From an uncultured delta proteobacterium (lineage in GTDB: Bacteria > Myxococcota_A > Polyangia > Palsa-1104): DNA of 64,000 bases. The translations under genes were made by a program, and so were the position numbers. Below, piece by piece: positions 22,520-32,455 of the stretch. The stretch's first letter is position 1. Every line of letters starts with the position of its first letter. Location: contig CAWAWS010000027.1 in assembly GCA_963785725.1 (NCBI GenBank), positions 44,879 through 108,878 on the forward strand. The letters are read 5' to 3'. The notes below the pieces were generated by a model. That model had not been told where the DNA came from, ran no database searches, and saw nothing but the letters and a program-made list of their open reading frames with translations.

Positions 22520-23821
22520 ATGCGAACGAGCAGCAAGCTAGTCGCCATGGTGTTGGCGGCGGGCGCCGTGGGAGTCGTCCGGGCCGACGCGCCCAAGCCC
22601 GACCCGCTGCCCAAGCCGGGCCCGCTGGCGCAGCCGGCGCCCAACACGCAGCCGGGCTATCCGCACGATCTCTATCGCGCCACCTTGCCCGCGGACAATC
22701 CCGACTCGGCCGACAAAGTGGCGCTGGGCGAGAAGCTGTTCTTCGACGGGCGCCTGTCGGCCGACGGCACCGTCGCCTGCGCGACCTGTCACGATCCGCA
22801 AAAGGGCTTCACCGATCAGCACCCGACGTCGATCGGCATTCGCGGGCAAAAAGGGCAGCGCAACGCGCCGACGGTGTTGAACGCGCTGTTCAACGACACG
22901 CAGTTTTGGGACGGTCGCGCGGCCAAGCTCGAGGATCAGGCGAAGCTGCCGATCTTGAATCCGATCGAGATGGGCCAGAAGTCGCCCGACGACGTCATGG
23001 CGGCGATCGGCAAAGTGCCCGAGTATCAAGCGGCGTTTCAAAAGGTGTTCGGTCGCGCGGCCAATTACGACGACTTGGCGCGCGCCATCGCCGCCTACGA
23101 GCGCTCGCAAGCGGCGACGGGCTCGCGCTTCGATCGCTTCATCGCCGGCGACGAGAACGCGCTGACGGCGCAAGAGCGGCGCGGCTGGGCGCTGTTCAAC
23201 GGCAAAGGCCGCTGCATGTCGTGCCACGCGTTCAACCCGACGCAGCCGACGTTCAGCGACAACAAGTTCCACAACATCGGCGTCTCGGCGCACAAGCAGA
23301 ACTTCGTCGAGCTGGCGCGCAAGGGCTTGAAGCTCGTCGACTCGGCCAGCGCCGAAGCGGTCGATCGCGCGGCCATCGAGACCGACATGAGCGAGCTCGG
23401 CCGCTTCCTCGTCACCAAGCAGCCGAAGGACGTAGGCGCGTTCAAGACGCCGGGCCTGCGCAACCTGCTCGTGACACAGCCCTACTTCCACGACGGCTCG
23501 CAGGCGACGTTGTGGGACATCGTCGATCACTACAACAAAGGCGGCATTCAGAACCCGTTCCTCGACGGTGGCATCACGCGTCTCGGGATGACCGAGCCGG
23601 AGATCGACGATCTCGTGGCCTTCCTGTTCGCGCTGACGAGCGATCGTTACGAGCCGCTGGCGAAGAAGGAGCTGGCACGGCAGCGCGCCCTGGCGCGCAC
23701 GACGCGGCCGCAGCGCGACACCGCGGCCGCGACGGCGAAGACGGCGAGCCTGAAGCCGCCCTTCGGCGACATCGCGCCCAATCCGACGCTCAAAGATCCG
23801 TCACGAATCGGAGGGAGATAG
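22520..23821 (+). CDS. diheme bCcP/MauG superfamily enzyme
   Basis: GGGGAGG RBS, signal peptide; LFFDGRLS, CATCH, RNAPT, QFWDGRA, CMSCH, FKTPGLRN, PYFHDGS...DHY. Confidence 0.93.
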   Translation: MRTSSKLVAMVLAAGAVGVVRADAPKPDPLPKPGPLAQPAPNTQPGYPHDLYRATLPADNPDSADKVALGEKLFFDGRLSADGTVACATCHDPQKGFTDQHPTSIGIRGQKGQRNAPTVLNALFNDTQFWDGRAAKLEDQAKLPILNPIEMGQKSPDDVMAAIGKVPEYQAAFQKVFGRAANYDDLARAIAAYERSQAATGSRFDRFIAGDENALTAQERRGWALFNGKGRCMSCHAFNPTQPTFSDNKFHNIGVSAHKQNFVELARKGLKLVDSASAEAVDRAAIETDMSELGRFLVTKQPKDVGAFKTPGLRNLLVTQPYFHDGSQATLWDIVDHYNKGGIQNPFLDGGITRLGMTEPEIDDLVAFLFALTSDRYEPLAKKELARQRALARTTRPQRDTAAATAKTASLKPPFGDIAPNPTLKDPSRIGGR

Positions 23822-23823
23822 CC

Positions 23824-24972
23824 ATGGCCATTCGCCACAAGAGCGTCGAGACCAAGTTCATGGAGGAGCGCGAAGCGGCGTTGCGCGCGCTCAAAGGGCT
23901 CGATCGCCGCACCTTCTTGAAGACGGCGGCGGCAGCGGCGGGCGCGGTCATGGCCGGCGGCCTCATCGCGCCCCACTCGTTCCAGCTCGTCAACGTCGCG
24001 CACGGCGCGCCCGACAAGGCGCAAGGCGGGCGCGGAATGGGCGGCAAGACGCCCTTTACGTTCGCGTACATCTCGGACACGCATCTATACGAAAAGGGGC
24101 TCAACGAACGCTTCGTGCGCTCGGCGATGAAGGCGGTCGAGGACGTCAACGCGCTCGATCCGCAGCCCGACTTCGTCTTCTTCGGCGGCGACTTGGCGCA
24201 GCTCGGCGCGCCCAAAGAGCTCGAGCTCGGCGCGCAGATTTTGAAGGAGGTCAAAGCGCCGGTGAAGATGATGGTCGGCGAGCACGACTGGTTCCTCGAC
24301 ATGGGCGACAAGTGGCAGGAGCTGTTCGGCCCGCCGACCTACTCGTTCGACTGGAAAGGCGTGCACTGCGTCGTGCTCATGAGCGTGCAGGAGCGCGACT
24401 TCTGGACGTCGCGCAAGATGACGCCGCAGGAGCGCATGCACACCGTGGCCGGGCTCGACAACGGCACGCAGTCGCGCTTCGAGGTCGGCGAGGCCGGGCG
24501 CAATTGGCTCAAGAACGACCTGTCGAAGATTTCGCACGACACGCCGCTCATCGTGTTCTCGCACTCGCCGCTCTATAAATATTATCGCGACTGGAACTTC
24601 TGGACCGACGACGCCGACGAGGTGCAGGCGATCTTGCGGCCGTACAAGCAAGTGACGGTCTTGCACGGCCACACGCATCAGATGCTGTCGAACCGCATCG
24701 GCAACATCGACTTCCACGGCTTTTTGTCGACGGCGTGGCCGTGGCCGTACGCGCCGCAAGGTCTACCGCCGCTGACGATTCAGATGAACCGCGCCGATCC
24801 GTTCGATCAGTTCGACGGCTGCGGCGACGGGCGCGTCAACGTCGGCGACGGCGGCCTCGTCGAGAAAATCTACAACTTGTGGGATCGCAACCCGGTCAGC
24901 ATCAAGCACAGCTACCTCGCGTCGAATGGCGGCAAAGACAAGCCCTCGGCGACGACGCGCGGAAGCTACTGA
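23824..24972 (+). CDS. Tat-exported calcineurin-like metallophosphoesterase
   Basis: DRRTFLK twin-arginine motif; SDTH, GGDL, GEHD, SHSP, HGHTH. Confidence 0.88.
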   Translation: MAIRHKSVETKFMEEREAALRALKGLDRRTFLKTAAAAAGAVMAGGLIAPHSFQLVNVAHGAPDKAQGGRGMGGKTPFTFAYISDTHLYEKGLNERFVRSAMKAVEDVNALDPQPDFVFFGGDLAQLGAPKELELGAQILKEVKAPVKMMVGEHDWFLDMGDKWQELFGPPTYSFDWKGVHCVVLMSVQERDFWTSRKMTPQERMHTVAGLDNGTQSRFEVGEAGRNWLKNDLSKISHDTPLIVFSHSPLYKYYRDWNFWTDDADEVQAILRPYKQVTVLHGHTHQMLSNRIGNIDFHGFLSTAWPWPYAPQGLPPLTIQMNRADPFDQFDGCGDGRVNVGDGGLVEKIYNLWDRNPVSIKHSYLASNGGKDKPSATTRGSY

Positions 24973-24982
24973 GGAGCCGAAG

Positions 24983-25685
24983 ATGAGCAAACGACATATT
25001 TGGCTCGCGTCGGGCGCGGTCGTGCTCGGCGCGACGGCGTTCGCGGTGGCCGACCCGGTCAAGCAGCATGACGTGCCGGCGGCGCAGCACGGCGGCACCG
25101 TCGTCGCACTGTGCGACGGCGAGACGACCGTCGAAGTCGACGGCAAGATGACGAAGGACAAGGCGCAGGCGGCGTCGAATCAGCTGATGGCCGAGTGGCG
25201 CAAGAAGCATCCCGACGCGCGCTGGGACGAGGCGGTGGCCGACAACGGCGCAGCGAACCCCGCGAAGCCGACGGGCGCCGGCGCGCAAGCGCAGACGGGC
25301 GCGCCCACCGGCAAGACGCCGGCCGCGCAGCACGACATCTACGGCGCGCTACGACTCGCGCGACGAAATGGTGTGGGCGCAAGAGACGCAGAAGTTCGTC
25401 GACGAAGGCAATGGCATCTTCCACGACGCCGGCAAGCTCGGCGGCACCATCGCCGTCTCCTGCGACATGTGCCATCCGAACGCGTCGAACACGCATCCCG
25501 AGACGTATCCGAAGTTTCAAGTGCAGCTCGGCCGCGTGGCGCTCCTGCGCGACATGATCAACTGGTGCATCGAGAATCCGGTCAAAGGCAAGCCGCTGCA
25601 CGACGACGATCGCCGCCTGCGCGCGCTCGAGGCCTATATCATCGCGCAGCGCAAAGGCACGGCGCTGCAGTACGGCAAACACTAG
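24983..25685 (+). pseudogene. exported c-type cytochrome (SoxA/TsdA-like domain) split by a one-base frameshift near 25349; pseudogene or sequencing error
   Basis: Signal-peptide half from 24983 (GAGGAG RBS) reads to HDIYGA; the next frame continues YDSRDEMVWAQE...CDMCH...THPETYPKF...DMINWC to the stop at 25685. Confidence 0.75.
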
Positions 25686-25911
25686 GGGCTGCCCTTGAGC
25701 GCGCTCCTAATTACGCGCTAAGTCCGCGTCTTCGTAGTCGCTGCAGATCTCGCGTCCTTCGATCTCTTCATTCGCTGTTTGCGTTGCGGCTCACATCACG
25801 CCGCGCGACGTAATGCACCCTTCACGCGCACCATGCGCGGGCGCACGATCGTCAAAAACGTTTGAGACGAAATTTGGCGACAAGAAACGCGCAGAGCGCG
25901 ATTGTGACGAC

Positions 25912-26010
25912 ATGTCGCGTTCCTCTGTTGGGCTGCTGATCACCGTTGCCATCGCTGGTGCGTTCGCGTCTGCCGTTGCCGTCCTGATCGCCGCGCGCCT
26001 CGCCGGCTGA
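25912..26010 (+). CDS. possible 32-aa single-TM peptide
   Basis: MSRSSVGLLITVAIAGAFASAVAVLIAARLAG; no clear RBS. Confidence 0.3.
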   Translation: MSRSSVGLLITVAIAGAFASAVAVLIAARLAG

Positions 26011-26051
26011 TCGACCGCCGCCGGCCGATCGCTTCGGTGCCGGCGCGCTGA

Positions 26052-27308
26052 TTATTCGGCGGCGAGCGCGCTCATCAGCGCCGTCGTGCGCGCGCGTTGC
26101 AGCGCGGCCGCGTCGTTCGCCCCATCGTGGTCCTGGCGCGGCGACGGCGTGCGAATGGCGCGCAAGAGCTCGCGCAGCGCGCGCGGCGAACGCGCCAAGC
26201 CGACCGACATGAGCGGCAGGAATATGAAGCCCCAGTAGTCGTTGCAGGGCAGGCCGATGATGCTGAACGCGAGCATGAAGCCGAAGAGCGTCAGGCCCAT
26301 GCGGGTCGCGCCTTCGTTGCGCCAGTCGCCGTAGCCGAAGAGCGCCAGCGGCAGCGCCAGCGCGTTCACGAACGGCGGCAAGTAGTACCAAAGCATGTCC
26401 GCGCGCGTCGCCGCGATGAGGAAGCGCGCGCCGCCGAACGCGAGCCAGCTGCGCGACGGAATCACCAGATCGGCCGGCCCGAGCTGGTGCGCGACGGCGA
26501 CGAAGTGCAGCGTCAACAGCGCGCCGTAGAGCGGCAGCGCCAGCGCCCACAGCTTCAGCTCGGCCCAGCGCCGATCGTAGAGCGCGAACAGCACCGCGAC
26601 GCCGCAAGGCAGGAGCGCGAATTCGCGGAACGACAGCGCCGCCAACAGCGCCAGCATGCCCCAGCGCCAACGCCCGGTCGCGTACAGCGTCGCCGACAAG
26701 ATCAGCAGGCTGCCCGCCCACACCTCGTGGAAATAGGTCGCTTCGGTCGAATGTGGCAGCGCGCCGATGTGCAAGACGCAGACGGCCAGCGCCGGCCATT
26801 GTCCCCACGCGCCACGCAGCCAGCGCAGCGTCAGCACCAGCGCGCACACGCCGAACAGCGTCAGGAGGAGCGCCGGAAACGGCAGGTGCGCCAGCACGAA
26901 CGCCTGCGTCGGCTGGCGCCAATTGAACACCGGCCGCGTCGGATAGCCGCGCGTGCGCAGCTCGGTACCCGCGGCCGCGTAATAATTCTGGCCGTCATGC
27001 ACGCGCGCCGCGATGGCGCGATAGAGGTCGTAGTCTTGATCCTGCACGGCGAGCGTGACCTTGTGCGCGGCGACGCGCTGCCCGCCCGTTCCGGTCGCCG
27101 CGTAAAACCAGCCCATGGCGACGACGAGCAGCGCCAGCACGGCCAGCGCCGGGCCGCGGCGCAAGGTCGCGTAGCGCGAGTCGTCGGACGGCGGCGCCGG
27201 CGGCGTCCGCGTCGCGGCCGGCTCGTCGTCGTCGGCCTCCTCGACATGCGGCGGCCCGTCGAAGAAAGCGCGCTCCACGGCGTCCGTGGGCTCGTGCTCG
27301 GAGAACAT
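26052..27308 (-). CDS. polytopic membrane protein of unknown function (possibly GT-C glycosyltransferase-like)
   Basis: Many TM helices; DQDYDLY and PVFNWRQP loop after TM1; FHEVWAG, FREFA, NDYWG. Confidence 0.7.
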   Translation of the reverse strand: MFSEHEPTDAVERAFFDGPPHVEEADDDEPAATRTPPAPPSDDSRYATLRRGPALAVLALLVVAMGWFYAATGTGGQRVAAHKVTLAVQDQDYDLYRAIAARVHDGQNYYAAAGTELRTRGYPTRPVFNWRQPTQAFVLAHLPFPALLLTLFGVCALVLTLRWLRGAWGQWPALAVCVLHIGALPHSTEATYFHEVWAGSLLILSATLYATGRWRWGMLALLAALSFREFALLPCGVAVLFALYDRRWAELKLWALALPLYGALLTLHFVAVAHQLGPADLVIPSRSWLAFGGARFLIAATRADMLWYYLPPFVNALALPLALFGYGDWRNEGATRMGLTLFGFMLAFSIIGLPCNDYWGFIFLPLMSVGLARSPRALRELLRAIRTPSPRQDHDGANDAAALQRARTTALMSALAAE

Positions 27309-27447
27309 GCGGGCCACAAAAGCAATCGACGTGCCGCGCGCAATCCCAAGCGCCACAAGGCTTTATGCGCGAAACAGAGGCTACCAGCCTCAGCATTGGG
27401 GAGCGCGCTCCCGCCTCGACCGGCCGCGACGCGGCAAGCCGAGGCGA

Positions 27448-29442
27448 CTACAGCTCGATTTGCGCGCCCATTTCGACGACACGATTGGGCGGCAGGCCGA
27501 AGAAGGCGGTCGCCGTGCGCGAGTTGCGCGCCAGGAACGCGAACAAGAGCTTGCGCCAGCGCGGCATGCGCCCTTTGCCGGTCACGAGCAGCGTCTCGCG
27601 CCCGAGGTAGAAGCTGGCCGTGTCGGGATCGCAGCGCACGCCTTGCAGCTGCGCCCGCCTGAGCGTCTTCAAGACATTCGGGTTCTGCATGAACCCATAG
27701 TGCGCCGTCACTTTGTAAAAGCCGTGGCCGAGCTCCTCGACTTCGACGCGCTCGCGGCCGCTGACGACCGGCACGTCCTCGGTCACGACCGACAAGAGCA
27801 CGACCTGCTCGTGCAGCACTTTGTTGTGCTTGAAGTGATGCAAGAGGACGGCGGGAATGCCGCCCATCGTCGACGTCATGAAGACCGCCGTGCCGGCGAC
27901 GCGATGCGGCTGCGTGAGCGCCAGATCCTCCATGAAGAGGTCGATGGGCATCATCGCGGCGCGCATCTGCTGCGCCAACTCGGCGCGACCGCGACGCCAC
28001 GTCGTCATGATGGCGAACACGATCGTGGCGATGGCGAGCGGGAACCAGCCGCCGGAGACGACCTTGTTGAGGTTGGCGGAGAGGAAGCCCAAATCGACGA
28101 AGAGGAAGAGCGCGGTCACCAGCGACGCCTGCAGCCGCGACCACTTCCAGCGCCGGCGCGCGACCGCGTAAAACAAGAGCGACGTGATGCTCATCGTGCC
28201 CGTGACGGCGATGCCGTAAGCGGCGGCCAAGTTGTCCGACTTGCGAAAGCCGATGACGAGCGCGACGCAGGCGATCATGAGCGCCGAGTTGATCTCGGGG
28301 ATATAGATCTGCCCGGCCGCGCGACCCGACGTGTGGACGATGCGCACGCGCGGCCAATAGCCGAGCTGCACCGCCTGCTGGGTCAGCGAGAAGGCGCCCG
28401 AAATCAGCGCCTGCGACGCGATCACCGTCGCAAACGTGGCGATGACGACCATCGGATACAACGTCCAGCCGTGCGCCAGCGCGTAGAAGGGGTTGCGCGC
28501 CACCGCTTCGCCGCGTTCGATGAGCAGCGCGCCCTGCCCGAAGTAATTACAGAGCAAGGCCGGCATGACGACCGAATACCAGGCGTAGCGAATCGGCTTC
28601 TTGCCGAAGTGGCCCATGTCGGCGTAGAGCGCTTCGCCGCCGGTGATGACGAGGACGACGGCGCCGAGCACGAGGAAGCCGACCTTGCCGTTGCGCACGA
28701 GCAACGACACGGCGTAGTAAGGGTTGGCGGCGCGCAAGACTTCCGGATGCGCGACAATGGCCGGCATGGCGACGGCGGCGATGGAGAAGAACCAGAGCAG
28801 CATCATCGGGCCGAAGACGGTGGCGATGCCGCCGGTGCCGCGCTTCTGCATGATGAAGAGCACGATGAGGATGAAGACGGTCGTCGGGACGACGTAAGGC
28901 GAGAACGTGTGCGTGGCGACCTCCAGGCCTTCGACGGCCGAGAGGACGGAGATGGCGGGCGTGATCATGCCGTCGCCGTACAAGAGCGCGGCGCCGAAGA
29001 GGCCGAGCATGAGCAGCGCCATCGTGCCTTTGCGGCCTTTGGCGACGTCGCCGCGCGGGTGCACGAGCGCGAACAGCGCGAGGATGCCGCCTTCGCCGTG
29101 GTTGTCGGCGCGCATCACCAGCGACAGATACTTCACGACGACCACGAGGATCAGCGCCCAGACGACGAGCGAGAGGATGCCGAGCACGTTCTCCGGCGTC
29201 GGCAAGAGGCCGTGATCGCCGGCGAAGCACTCTTTGATCGCGTACAGCGGCGAGGTGCCGATGTCGCCGTAGACGATGCCGAGCGCGCCCACCGACAGGG
29301 CGGCCATGGCCGAGCGTGAATTGGCGTGTGGCGAGTGATGATGACCGCCGCCGTCGCCCTCGGGCTGCGCGGCGCCGTCTTTGGCCGCCGGCGACTCCGG
29401 CGGCGGCGCGGCGCGATAAGATCCAGTCGCGTGGTCGCTCAT
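27448..29442 (-). CDS. kup: KUP/HAK/KT potassium transporter
   Basis: GIVYGDIGTSPLY, RADNHGEGG, GDGMITPAISVLSAVEG, GGEALYADMGHFG, GQIYIP. Confidence 0.98.
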   Translation of the reverse strand: MSDHATGSYRAAPPPESPAAKDGAAQPEGDGGGHHHSPHANSRSAMAALSVGALGIVYGDIGTSPLYAIKECFAGDHGLLPTPENVLGILSLVVWALILVVVVKYLSLVMRADNHGEGGILALFALVHPRGDVAKGRKGTMALLMLGLFGAALLYGDGMITPAISVLSAVEGLEVATHTFSPYVVPTTVFILIVLFIMQKRGTGGIATVFGPMMLLWFFSIAAVAMPAIVAHPEVLRAANPYYAVSLLVRNGKVGFLVLGAVVLVITGGEALYADMGHFGKKPIRYAWYSVVMPALLCNYFGQGALLIERGEAVARNPFYALAHGWTLYPMVVIATFATVIASQALISGAFSLTQQAVQLGYWPRVRIVHTSGRAAGQIYIPEINSALMIACVALVIGFRKSDNLAAAYGIAVTGTMSITSLLFYAVARRRWKWSRLQASLVTALFLFVDLGFLSANLNKVVSGGWFPLAIATIVFAIMTTWRRGRAELAQQMRAAMMPIDLFMEDLALTQPHRVAGTAVFMTSTMGGIPAVLLHHFKHNKVLHEQVVLLSVVTEDVPVVSGRERVEVEELGHGFYKVTAHYGFMQNPNVLKTLRRAQLQGVRCDPDTASFYLGRETLLVTGKGRMPRWRKLLFAFLARNSRTATAFFGLPPNRVVEMGAQIEL

Positions 29443-29664
29443 TCGTGAGGCGCTGCGCGCGGGCGCAGCTCGGTCGAGCCAAAGTGGCGCCGCGAAGTCG
29501 AATGCATGCCCTTATTGGTAATCGATGATGGACGCGCTGGGAACCTTGCATCGGCGGCCACAATGGGAGTCGAAACGCCGCATCCGAGCCGGATCGCAGG
29601 CGGACACGAAGTTACGCCCACGAAATCAGCGGGAAACGCCGGCCGCGCTACGTCTTGAAGTTAG

Positions 29665-30018
<354 letters not shown>

Positions 30019-30150
30019 CGCGCCACTCACGATATATTCGTAATCGCCGAAGCCATCATTTCACCTTCAATGATGATCTAGTGTAGCGCTCAAATTATTA
30101 CGATGACGCATTGCGTTGACTATGCGTGATGCTGTGTGTCACGAATAGGC

Positions 30151-31167
30151 ATGAGCATGATGTCGAACCGCTACGCCATCGTCTTCGTCCTCGGTTTCGC
30201 CCTCGCCGGCTGCAACTCGCCGTCGACGGCGCGCAGCACCAGCTGCTCGGCCGGCGCCACGCGCGCCTGCACCTGCAGCGACGGCTCGGCCGCCACGCAG
30301 TCGTGCACCAACGGTCAATACGCCGCCTGCGCCTGCACCGCGCCCGGCGCCACCAGCTGCGGCGATCAAGTCTGCAGCAGCGACGAAACCTGCCTCACCT
30401 GCGCCGAGGACTGCGGCCAGTGCACGTCGTGCACGGTGGCGCCGTCGTGCAGCGACGCCGTCGGGGTGCCCTCGTCGACGACGCGCCGCGACGACCTCGA
30501 CATCAACCCGAGCTCGTCGTTCGACATGGCCGGCTTCTCGGCGCCCACCGACTCGGGCGACTGCGGCGGCGCGCAGCTGCGCATGCGCGTCGCCAAAGTG
30601 ACCGTCGCCAAAGACGGCGGCGAGATCTACTGCATCGTCACCGCCTCCGACGGCACCAACTCGGAAGCGGCGCTGACGCAGAAGACGATCGACTTGAGCG
30701 ACGGCCAGTCGAACTTCTTCGATCCCGCGTTCGGCGTCTTCTGGGGTCAGAAGGACCTCGAGAAGACCGTCGACAACCTCACGATCACGTACGATTGCTA
30801 CAAGGTCGGCAGCGACGCGTGGGCCAACGTGTTGAGCGCGCTCGGCACGGCGTCGCAAGCGGCCGGCGGCATCGCCGGTCCGTACGGCTGGGCGTTCGGC
30901 GCGGCTTCGGCGGCGGCGGCGGCAGCGGCGGCGGCGGCCGCGGCGGCCAGCGGTGACGACCATCTCTTCAACGCGCAGCAGACGATCGACAAATCGACGC
31001 TGCTCGACCTGACCAACGGCCGCACCTGGGACGTCCGCGAGAGCGGCAGCTGCGGCCTGCTGTGCTCGTGGGATTGGACGCTGTCGATCGAGAGCTGGGG
31101 CTGCGCCACCGTCAAGACGACGGTCAGCTCGGCCACGCCGCCGCGCCGCCGGCACCACAAGTCGTAA
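30151..31167 (+). CDS. Cys-rich lipoprotein of unknown function
   Basis: Lipobox LAGC; N-terminal Cys repeats (CTCSDG, CGDQVCSSDETCLTCAEDCG); poly-Ala helix; start is one of three ATGs. Confidence 0.8.
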   Translation: MSMMSNRYAIVFVLGFALAGCNSPSTARSTSCSAGATRACTCSDGSAATQSCTNGQYAACACTAPGATSCGDQVCSSDETCLTCAEDCGQCTSCTVAPSCSDAVGVPSSTTRRDDLDINPSSSFDMAGFSAPTDSGDCGGAQLRMRVAKVTVAKDGGEIYCIVTASDGTNSEAALTQKTIDLSDGQSNFFDPAFGVFWGQKDLEKTVDNLTITYDCYKVGSDAWANVLSALGTASQAAGGIAGPYGWAFGAASAAAAAAAAAAAAASGDDHLFNAQQTIDKSTLLDLTNGRTWDVRESGSCGLLCSWDWTLSIESWGCATVKTTVSSATPPRRRHHKS

Positions 31168-31212
31168 CCGACGCGCGCCGAACGAGCGTCGCGCCGGCCG
31201 ATCTGCTAGCGT

Positions 31213-31857
31213 TTGCAGGTCGTGACGCGCTTTTCGGTCGCCTTGGCCTTCGCTCTCGGCTGTTCCGCTTGCGGCGGCGGCGGCGCGACGATCCCGAAGC
31301 CCGTCGCCCAGTTCCAAGCGCAGGACTCCGACGTCGCCGACTTTCCCAGCTGGTATTCGCAGCCCTTCATCGCCGATCCGCTGGCCGACATCGTCTATCC
31401 GCCCGGCTCGCGCGTCGGCTTCATCAACCACGAAGCCGCGCCGGGAACGACCAGCTATCCCATCGGCACCATCATCATCAAAGCCATCGAGAACGACGAC
31501 GTGCCGGCGCATTGGGAGCTGTTCGGCATGTCCAAGCGCGGCGGCGACTACAATGCGGCCGGCGCCATCGGCTGGGACTTCCTCTTGATTCGCTACGAAA
31601 ACGGGGCGCCGCACATCTATTCGTCGGGGCTCACGCCCACCGTCGACGGCAACCCCGACATGGGCGCGGTCAACGAAGGCAGCTACTTCGCCGGCGGCCA
31701 GATCGCCTGCGACGTCTGCCACGGCCTGAAGAAGTACGCGCCCTACGACTTCATCATCGACCATCCGTTCGAGCTCAACCGCGACGCCGGCCCGCCCGAT
31801 CTCAGCGTCAGCGTGCCCGCCGACATGAGCGCCGTCGACGGCGGCGCCGCCATGTAA
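31213..31857 (+). CDS. cytochrome P460/c'-beta-like monoheme lipoprotein
   Basis: Lipobox; SRVGFIN, YPIGTIIIK, MSKRGG..GWDF, CDVCH..YDFI. Confidence 0.7.
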   Translation: MQVVTRFSVALAFALGCSACGGGGATIPKPVAQFQAQDSDVADFPSWYSQPFIADPLADIVYPPGSRVGFINHEAAPGTTSYPIGTIIIKAIENDDVPAHWELFGMSKRGGDYNAAGAIGWDFLLIRYENGAPHIYSSGLTPTVDGNPDMGAVNEGSYFAGGQIACDVCHGLKKYAPYDFIIDHPFELNRDAGPPDLSVSVPADMSAVDGGAAM

Positions 31858-31882
31858 ACCAGCTGATATAAGCTTATTTAGA

Positions 31883-32455
31883 TCAAAAGTCGCTGAGCTG
31901 GAAGCCGGGGTCTTGCACGAAGTCGTTGGCGCGCGCGCCGGCGTGGCAGCCGTTGCAGTCGACGGCGCTGACCGTCGAATAGACGATGCCCACCGGCGGC
32001 TGCTGCCCGCGCCACACGATCCCCGGCGGATCGGTGGTGATGTCGAGCTCGAACCATTCCCAGCCGGTGGCGCCGCTGGAGTTGTAGTTGCCGCCGCGCT
32101 TGGCCATGGCGAACGTCTGATCGAGCGACAAATCGCCGGCGGTCGCCGTCTCGTGGATCGTCTTGACGAGGATCGTGCCGACGGGAAACGTCGTCGAGCC
32201 GTGCGGCGGCGCCTGGTTCAGAAAGACGGTGCGCAGGTCGGTCGTGTGCGGGCTGCCGTCGGGCGGCGGGCCGTCGATGCTGTGCGACTGCCAATGGCTG
32301 AAGCCGGCGAAGTCGGTCGCCTGAGCCTCGAACAGCTGTAGCCGCACGCTCAGGTCCGGCGGCGCGGTCGACTTGTCCGGCGACGACTTGCAGCCCACGG
32401 CCGAGACCGGCAAGAGCGCGAGGAGCACGCCGCAGCAGGCGTTCGCGCGCGTCAC
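31883..32455 (-). CDS. cytochrome P460/c'-beta-like monoheme lipoprotein (paralogue of the previous gene)
   Basis: Lipobox AVGC; LRTVFLN, FPVGTILVK, MAKRGG..GWEW, CNGCH..NDFV. Confidence 0.75.
   Translation of the reverse strand: MTRANACCGVLLALLPVSAVGCKSSPDKSTAPPDLSVRLQLFEAQATDFAGFSHWQSHSIDGPPPDGSPHTTDLRTVFLNQAPPHGSTTFPVGTILVKTIHETATAGDLSLDQTFAMAKRGGNYNSSGATGWEWFELDITTDPPGIVWRGQQPPVGIVYSTVSAVDCNGCHAGARANDFVQDPGFQLSDF

Noticed and set aside
22513..24972. 819-aa ORF as one protein
   Set aside because: The first half is off-frame over the diheme gene; the real start is 23824 with a GGAG RBS
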